From: an uncultured archaeon
GTDB lineage: Archaea; Thermoproteota; Nitrososphaeria; Nitrososphaerales; Gagatemarchaeaceae
Direction of reading: 5' to 3'
DNA length: 64,000 nucleotides
NCBI GenBank assembly: GCA_963817525.1
Contig: CAWFOU010000001.1
Location: 832,001 to 896,000 of the forward strand
Below the pieces are notes generated by a model that was not told the origin of the DNA, did not search any database, and saw only the letters and a program-made list of their open reading frames with translations. Of this stretch, positions 56,982 through 64,000 are shown one piece after another; the first letter of the stretch is position 1, and each line of letters opens with the position of its first letter. The translations under genes and the position numbers were made by a program.

Positions 56982-58666
56982 CTACGACCAATCGAGCTGG
57001 AATCTGTAGAGAGTGAAGTCAGAGCCGTGGAGCACGGGCTGCGTTCCGACGATCGTGAAGGGATTTCCGGTGACCTGGCCAGGTTGGGCGGTTGAGTTGA
57101 AGAATTGCGCGAGGAACTGGTCCTCTGTAGGAAATGCCGAAGATGGCTCGTTGACATATAGGAAGCAGACAGGCCATTTCATTGCAGTAAAATTGCCATA
57201 GGTGATTTCTGGAGCGATGGAACTTGGACCATAGAGTAGGCCTGTGCATGTAGGTCTTGAACTCCTGGCGTAAACGTCCATCCATAGGGCGGGCCGACGA
57301 ATTCCACCGCTTGGTTGCTGTCGTTTGCTGCAAAATAGTTCCTCATGAGCGCAGCGTCCGTGTGGTAGCCCGGTTGGAAGGGGTTCTGGCTCGTGTAGTC
57401 GATGTTGGAGGCGGCGTAGACCTGGTAGACGGGCACAGCAATTAGTAGGAAGGCCACGCAGACGACCGCCAGACCGAGCATGCGCTTCCGGCTCTTGAAG
57501 ACTATCGCGAGGAAGAATGGCGCTACCAAGAAGTAGGCGGGGAGGGCTGTGTCAGAGAACCTGATGACTGTGGAATAGTCCCCGAAAGAGAAATAGTAGG
57601 GGCTTGGTGCGTAGATGAAAGAGACGATGAGATAGGAGCCCAACGCAAAAACCGACGTGAGGAGAAGGAACCTCGCCGTAATGTCCTTGCCCCGGAAGCT
57701 CTTCTGAAGGAGTATCATGAATCCTCCCAGCGCTATCAGGACGCAGATTGGCCCCCATCCCAGGACGATTCCGCCGAAGAAAATCAGGAGGGTGTTGGTC
57801 GCGATGTACTCCCGGTACCAGGGCACGGCCCCTGCGGCCGTGGTGTGCGAGTTGGATGTGATGCTCTGCACAAGAGAGGTCGATATCGGCGCCACCTGTT
57901 GGGCGTATGCCTGAGTGGTGACAAATAGGAAGAACAGGCTTGCAAGGGCGAAGAGCAGCACTGGAACCACGACCAGAGCAGTGGGGGAGAGGCGTCCTGA
58001 TACAAGCCCGGCATGCCTCTTCGCGAGCGCTAGCATGAGAACTATCACTATCCCGCCGATGAGGAGCGCGTTGTATGGCTCCCTCGTTCCCGCCGCGAAG
58101 CCGAAGAAGCACGCCGAGAGCAAAGGGAAGACAAGGCTGCCTCGGACACTGGTTGACTTCATGTACCTAGCCAGCAAGTAGATTCCGCACATCGCCATGC
58201 AGAGACCGACAGGTTCGGTCAGAAACCCCAGGGAGAGGAGGATGAATGCGATCAGGACGAAGCAAGATAGCAGCGAAAGTGCCGTGGTCAGCTCGTCGAA
58301 CTCCAAGAGCTTCAAGAGCTTGTAGAACACGATGAATGTCGTCGCGGTCCAGAAGAACAGGTAAAACGGCAGGAGATACGAGAAGGCGTCGGTGCTGGTT
58401 ATCCCCAACGCCTTGAAGATCAGAATATTCACCGAGCCCACGAACCAGCGGTCGGAATACAGGGCGCCATGCAGGGCATCATAGAAGTAGCCGAACTCAT
58501 CGGAGACGAAGAAGCCGGTCGTCCAATAGCTGTAGAACCGGTACGCACAGAGCAAAGCTAGAACACCCAATGCTCCGGCTAGGGCTTTCGCGTCAAGCGT
58601 ACGAACTCGTGATATCCCAATGAGGCGTGATCTGATTCCCGGCACCATTCTGTGACCGAAAAGCAT
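56982..58666 (-). CDS. GT-C-like polytopic membrane protein; apparent frameshift at ~57231
   Basis: Multi-TM with an early-loop SDEFGY acidic motif, LTEP and TREP; C-terminal continuation GPSSIAPEI...YRFQLDWS* in ORF 56982-57281. Confidence 0.65.
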
Positions 58667-58906
58667 CCTGACTGTCGGAACGAGGTATGAAGATAAGCGT
58701 TCTCGAACTAATCCGAGTCTGCCCCCTGCCTAAATCACTTTGCATGACCGGATTGGAGGTATCGGGAGAATCCCTCGCGAACTCTGACACATATCTAGTG
58801 CGTAGTGCACCTACTCATGCTCGTGATGCGCCTCTAGCTGGGAAAACAGGGGCCGCACTCCCCATGCGTTGTGTTTTATAAGACGCCGTCTTGAAGTCGA
58901 ACAATC

Positions 58907-60033
58907 TTGAGCGAGGTCAAGAGTCAAATCAGGATTCCGGTGTGTGCACCGCTGCTTACGGGTCTAGAACTTGATTACCTGAAGGAGTGTTTGCAATCAA
59001 ATTGGATAAGTTCAAACGGCCCTCTTGTGGCAGAATTCGAGAGGAGATTTGCAAAATACTGTGAACGGGGCTTTGGGGTTACCACAAACAGCGGCACGAC
59101 CGCTTTGCATCTGGCCCTTGGGCCCTGAAGATAGGCCCCGGAGACGAAGTCATCCTTCCATCCTTTACCATGATCGCGAGCATCAACGCGATAGAATATA
59201 CCGGTGCAAGTTCGATTCTTGTCGATTCTAATCCGATTACGTGGACAATCGACGTGTCAAAGCTGTCATCGAAGGTCACCCGCCGAACCAAGGCGATAAT
59301 GCCAGTCCACATCTACGGGCACCCCGCCGACATGGATCCAATCCTTGACCTGGCAGGTCGACATGGCCTATTCGTCTTGGAGGACGCTGCTGAAGGTCAT
59401 GGGGCTCTGTACAAAGGCGCAAAAATCGGTTCGTTCGGCGACGTCTCTAGCTTCAGTTTCTATTCGAACAAGATAATTACAACAGGCGAGGGCGGAATGA
59501 ATCTGACGAACGATAAGTCTCTGGCAGAAAGAATGGCCTGGCTTAGAGCTCATGCCTTTGGAAGGGGGGGCAAACACTTCTGGCACGAGGAACTCGGATT
59601 TGGATATAGAATGTCTGCGCTGCAGGCGGCAGTAGGCCTCGGTCAATTTGACAGGATTGAGGAGATGGTCTCAAGAAGAATCTCCCACGCGATACTTTAC
59701 AACGAACTTCTGCGTGGCATCGAGGGAATAGAGTTACCACCAAACGAGCCGTGGGCAAAGAACGTCTACTGGATGTACTCCGTCAGGCTGAGGGACTCCT
59801 CAACCCGAGATGCGCTGATTCTATGGCTTGCCAGCCGGGGTATCGAGACCCGAACTTTCTTTTATCCCATCCATCGCCAACCACTTTACGCAAAGAGGTA
59901 TGAGACTCAAGACTTCCCGGTCGCGGATAGTCTGTCGGCGACAGGAATCAACCTCCCTTCCGGAAACGGTCTTTCAGATCAAGAGATATCTGAGGTTTGT
60001 AGCGAAATCAAAACATTCTTCAAGAACAGATAG
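58907..60033 (+). CDS. DegT/DnrJ/EryC1 aminotransferase (perosamine synthetase-like); apparent 1-nt frameshift at ~59120
   Basis: WISSNGP, NSGTTALHLAL, then in the next frame LKIGPGDEVILPSFT, VHIYG, EDAAE, SFYSNKIITTGEGG; adjacent to gmd. Confidence 0.9.
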
Positions 60034-60044
60034 ACGCTACCCTT

Positions 60045-61094
60045 GTGCGGAAAGCGCTCATAACGGGAATAACCGGTCAAGACGGCGCCTACCTCGCAGA
60101 ACTACTTCTTGCGAAGGGGTACCGGGTGTACGGTACATTCCGTAGGCTTTCGACGCCAAACTTTTGGAGGCTGCAAAGCCTTGGCATTCATCACAAGGTA
60201 AAGCTGATCTCGGTTGACCTCATTGATATGAGCAGTATGGTTGAGGCCTTGGCAATTTCCCAGCCTGACGAGATTTATCATCTTGCAGCCCAGAGCTTCG
60301 TCGGTTCGTCATTTGACCAACCTTTAGCAACGGCCGACATGTCAGGCCTTGCCACGACGCGGATGCTTGAATCCATTAGGCTAATTTCTAAGGATGCCAA
60401 ATTCTACCAGGCTTCGACCAGCGAACTGTACGGAAACTCCTCCGGAACGAAGGATGAGGAAACTCCCTTTATGCCAAGAAGCCCGTATGCGGCCTCAAAG
60501 CTGTATGCTTATTGGATTACGAGAATATATCGAGACAGCTATCGGATTTTTGCATGCAACGGAATCCTGTTCAACCACGAGTCGCCTCTTCGGGGACTTG
60601 AATTCGTCACTAGAAAAGTCACGAACGCGGCAGCGAGAATTAGTCTGGGGCTGCAGAAAAACATCGTACTCGGAAACGTCCAAGCCGAACGGGACTGGGG
60701 GTTTGCTCCAGACTATGTCCGTAGCATGTGGATGATGATGCAACAGGACAACCCGGGTGATTTTGTTGTCGCGACTGGGCGGACGCATTCTGTGAAAAGT
60801 TTCGTTACCGAGGCTTTAGACCATCTAGGAATCAGTTATGACGACCGCGTAAGGGTCGATAGGAAGCTGATGCGTCCCCTCGAGGTAGACAGTCTAAAGG
60901 GCAACCCCGGCAAAGCAAAGACGGACCTCGGATGGGCACCGACTGTTAATTTCAGACAATTGGTTGGAAAGATGGTCGACGAAGATGTTAAGAGGTGGAA
61001 GGATCAGCAGAATGGCAAAATCCGACCTTGGGATGCGCCATTCTATCCTGAAGATTTGGAGATTATTGTGAGCAGGTACGGCTTGGACCAATGA
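60045..61094 (+). CDS. gmd: GDP-mannose 4,6-dehydratase
   Basis: ALITGITGQDGAYLA, LAAQSFV, YQASTSELYG, SPYAASK, GILFNHESPLRG, FVTRK, RDWG. Confidence 0.96.
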   Translation: MRKALITGITGQDGAYLAELLLAKGYRVYGTFRRLSTPNFWRLQSLGIHHKVKLISVDLIDMSSMVEALAISQPDEIYHLAAQSFVGSSFDQPLATADMSGLATTRMLESIRLISKDAKFYQASTSELYGNSSGTKDEETPFMPRSPYAASKLYAYWITRIYRDSYRIFACNGILFNHESPLRGLEFVTRKVTNAAARISLGLQKNIVLGNVQAERDWGFAPDYVRSMWMMMQQDNPGDFVVATGRTHSVKSFVTEALDHLGISYDDRVRVDRKLMRPLEVDSLKGNPGKAKTDLGWAPTVNFRQLVGKMVDEDVKRWKDQQNGKIRPWDAPFYPEDLEIIVSRYGLDQ

Positions 61095-61150
61095 CATGAG
61101 TCCGAACCGAAAAGTAACGCCACTTGAACTGATGAAGCAGTGTTCTTGAT

Positions 61151-61861
61151 TTGCAAATCCGAGATCCGGATTCCACACGAATAAACGCATATATTGAAAA
61201 GTCGAAGAGTAGCCAAGAGGCCACACCCCATTCTCTCGAACTGACTCAAGCCATGGCATCGAGATGGAAGGGACATTGGGAAAAAATGGGGGATGCTGGA
61301 AAAGTTGGCCGCGCTCCGGACAAATACGACGAATTGATCTTGCTCGACCTGGACAAGAAGCTACGCGCTGGGGCGCATGATAAATTGCTGGATGTAGGTT
61401 CTGGAATGAACCTGGCTAAAGGAGTGCAAAGCGGTCTGACCATATCTTTGGATATCGCCTACTCGATGGCAAAGTCCTCGGGCGCGTTGTATGCCGTCGT
61501 GGGAACTGCGGATCACTTACCAATTATGAATTTGGCCATGGACAGAATCATTGCATACTCGGTCGTGCAATACATGTCCCTCAGCGAAGTGTCCGGCCTA
61601 TTCGCGGAAATCTCCCGATGCTTGGCAAGGGAAGGTCGCTGCTTAATCGGCGATATTCCAATTGTCGAGTTGAGAAGCGTCCATAGGAGGTTGCTGCGCT
61701 GGGCCGCTGAGAAATCCTCTCGCTCTCAGCTCTTTCAATACTTCTCGCGCAAATGGCTCTTGTCAGAAGCAGACAAAGTAGACCTGCACGGGACTTTTTT
61801 GAAGCAGGATGAGGGCTTGCCTTTTTCAGCCCTACGTGAGGACCTCCTTCTCACCAAGTGA
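61151..61861 (+). CDS. Class I SAM-dependent methyltransferase
   Basis: LLDVGSG, LDIAYSM, ADHLP, YSVVQY, RCLAREG..IGDIP; start uncertain. Confidence 0.75.
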   Translation: MQIRDPDSTRINAYIEKSKSSQEATPHSLELTQAMASRWKGHWEKMGDAGKVGRAPDKYDELILLDLDKKLRAGAHDKLLDVGSGMNLAKGVQSGLTISLDIAYSMAKSSGALYAVVGTADHLPIMNLAMDRIIAYSVVQYMSLSEVSGLFAEISRCLAREGRCLIGDIPIVELRSVHRRLLRWAAEKSSRSQLFQYFSRKWLLSEADKVDLHGTFLKQDEGLPFSALREDLLLTK

Positions 61862-62030
61862 CAAGCTCGTTTGATTGCGAACAGTCAGTGGAGTAAAGGC
61901 GACTGGTTAAGACACCACCTGGGTTCTGAATTGAGAAATCTAATACCCGTCCTCATGCCGCGCCAGCCAAGTGACCAACGCAGCCCGAGGAAATGGCTGA
62001 AATCCGCGTCAACGACAACATACGCGGGAG

Positions 62031-64000
62031 ATGACAAGAATGCCTCTTGAGCGGCTGGTCAAACTAGTCGGCGGGAAGGAAATACCCTTCGATCTAGGCG
62101 TAATTTTCCTCCTCTGCGCCAGAGTGGCGTTCTGGTTTGAACCCCCAAATGTTCTGATGCAAGGGGATTCGGTCTGGCCCTTTGCGTACAGTGGCACGAG
62201 TATATCTTGGGACCCGACTCAAAATGGCGGCCTTCCCAACCTACAACCTCTCGCGTCCTTCTTCCTCAACGGCTTTTTTAGCGGGTTCCGAGCAATCGGG
62301 TTCTCCGAGTCCAATTCGCTCAAGGCGTACATTATTATCTCCCTCTTTTTCCTGGTTTCGTCAACCTATTTTCTCGCGCGCGAATTAACGACCTCCGACA
62401 GGCGACTTACCGGCCTCCTTGCAGCTGTCGCGATTTCCTTCAGTCCTGTGCTTGCTTTGTACGGGACGGAGAGCATTTGGGGCTTAGAGTATGGGACAGG
62501 CGGAGTCATCGCCTTCGCCGGAACGATAGCGTCGGCAGCAGTAGTTGTCAGAGAGATGCGTAGACATTCTCTCATTAATTGCGCGTTGATAGGGCTATTT
62601 TCTATTCCCGTCTTGTACACGTACCCAGCAATCGAATTCCCAATTTTTCTGCTCGCGTTCGTCACGGCGTATCTCATATATGCGCACACCTTTGGAGAAA
62701 GAAAGATTTCGTCCTCCGCGACATTCGTCGCCGTTTCTCTTCTTTGTTGTGTTGTGTTCAACGCTTGGTGGGCTCTTCCCCAATACTACTACGTTCATTT
62801 GGGTTCTCAAATTCTGGCGAGCAGGGGATTCAATTCAACCGTAACAGATTTGAGTCTGCTAGATTCATTTAGAGTCCTTGCCTCGTGGGGGTTTTCCGAA
62901 CTTCAAGGAGCGTTCGGGCATCTGTACGTGCCCTACGCGCCAACCTTTTACTCGAATTCATTGGTAATCGTCTCCACCGTGATTGTTCCTGTAATTGCTT
63001 TCGCCGCGCTGCTTCTGCGGAAGAGCCGTATCGTCGTGTCTCTTGCACTGATTGGACTAATTGCAATATTCCTTTCCAAAGGCACAGGAGATCCCGGCGG
63101 CTACATTTATTCCGATTTGCTTAGGTTTCCAATCTTCGGCCTCTTTGACAACCCAACGTTTTTTGTACCAATCGTGGCGCTGACCTATAGTCTACTTCTT
63201 GGCATTTCGTTAACGGTAGTGATTCTTAGGGCACGGACGAAATTCGTCGGAAGACGCTCTCAAGTATTAGTTCTTGCAACCTCCGCCCTCCTTCTCTCGC
63301 CTGTAATTCTGGCGGGATGGCCATTAGTGACAGGAGATGTAGTTACAAATTGGTATTTTCCATCCCAACGAGGAGTAGACGTTCCATCTTATTATGCAGA
63401 GGCTAACCAATATTTGGCTTCAACAGGAGGTAATTTCCGCGTTATGATTCTACCGGCTATATCGACCTACATTTCTACGGACTGGCACTACGAAGGTACG
63501 TCCGCATTCTATTGGTGGTATGCATTCTCAGAACCGCTAGTTATTTCTTCAAGCTATTTCAACGCCGCCGAAGGGCAGCTAATCAACAGTCTTTATTCTT
63601 CCATCGAAGGAAACGGCACTAACGCTGCGATGCAAATCATGTTGTCGCTAAACATACGTTACGTGGTACTCGATGAATCAATCAATAATGACACGCTGGC
63701 AGGGTTACCACCAAACGATTTACCCGGCTCTATCAACTTCCTCACCCATGACCGAGACCTGCAGTTCGTGCACCAGTTTGGGGAATTAATGATTTATGAA
63801 GTTCTGCCCAACTACGGTCTAATTTATGGATCAACCAATCTCATCACAGTTGAGCCTTCGGCGACGGCCAACCCAAGTTCAAACCTCACGGCCGGCATCG
63901 GATACCCAGTACTCGTCAATTTCACAATTCCGGATATATCGAACGATGCAGCTTCGAATCAGCCTATCGTGACCTACACGCAATCCTCGGAAACGAGTTA
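62031..64000 (+). CDS. Large GT-C-like membrane protein (AftD/DUF3367-like N-terminal region); runs off the window end and is missing from the ORF track
   Basis: Manually translated about 300 codons from ATG 62031 without a stop: MTRMPLERLVK...WFEPPNVLMQGD...WDPTQNGG...FNAWWALP...SFRVLASW. Downstream sequence includes PSYYAEANQYL..FRVMILP and NIRYVVLD. Confidence 0.7.
   Translation, partial: MTRMPLERLVKLVGGKEIPFDLGVIFLLCARVAFWFEPPNVLMQGDSVWPFAYSGTSISWDPTQNGGLPNLQPLASFFLNGFFSGFRAIGFSESNSLKAYIIISLFFLVSSTYFLARELTTSDRRLTGLLAAVAISFSPVLALYGTESIWGLEYGTGGVIAFAGTIASAAVVVREMRRHSLINCALIGLFSIPVLYTYPAIEFPIFLLAFVTAYLIYAHTFGERKISSSATFVAVSLLCCVVFNAWWALPQYYYVHLGSQILASRGFNSTVTDLSLLDSFRVLASWGFSELQGAFGHLYVPYAPTFYSNSLVIVSTVIVPVIAFAALLLRKSRIVVSLALIGLIAIFLSKGTGDPGGYIYSDLLRFPIFGLFDNPTFFVPIVALTYSLLLGISLTVVILRARTKFVGRRSQVLVLATSALLLSPVILAGWPLVTGDVVTNWYFPSQRGVDVPSYYAEANQYLASTGGNFRVMILPAISTYISTDWHYEGTSAFYWWYAFSEPLVISSSYFNAAEGQLINSLYSSIEGNGTNAAMQIMLSLNIRYVVLDESINNDTLAGLPPNDLPGSINFLTHDRDLQFVHQFGELMIYEVLPNYGLIYGSTNLITVEPSATANPSSNLTAGIGYPVLVNFTIPDISNDAASNQPIVTYTQSSETS

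Overview
Archaeal chromosomal segment, GC-rich (about two-thirds GC in sampled lines) and falling to about 45-50% after roughly 58 kb. TBP, Cdc48, ABCE1, class I LysRS and a BHB-intron tRNA indicate an archaeon, most likely a non-ammonia-oxidising Nitrososphaerota lineage (inference). The left half holds housekeeping genes (lysS, cdc48, surE, rli, trm5-like, tbp, pyrE, N-acetyltransferase, DNA ligase), tRNA-Arg(GCG) with a non-canonical 29/30 intron, a Dpp/Opp-type ABC transporter whose divergent promoter region carries an internally deleted IS5-family element, and a complete type IV pilus locus. The right half is a surface-glycosylation region (flippase, four GT4s, methyltransferases, asnB, DegT-family aminotransferase, gmd, GT-C-like membrane proteins) interspersed with VapBC modules and a MacB/FtsX-type exporter. 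The standout feature is a 273-aa intein inside a GT4 glycosyltransferase (48593-49411). Its own frame stays open but carries no endonuclease, while a single-motif I-CreI-type LAGLIDADG endonuclease is overprinted in the +1 frame. Seven apparent 1-2 nt frameshifts, including one in TBP, suggest an unpolished long-read consensus, so all frame-based claims need read-level confirmation.
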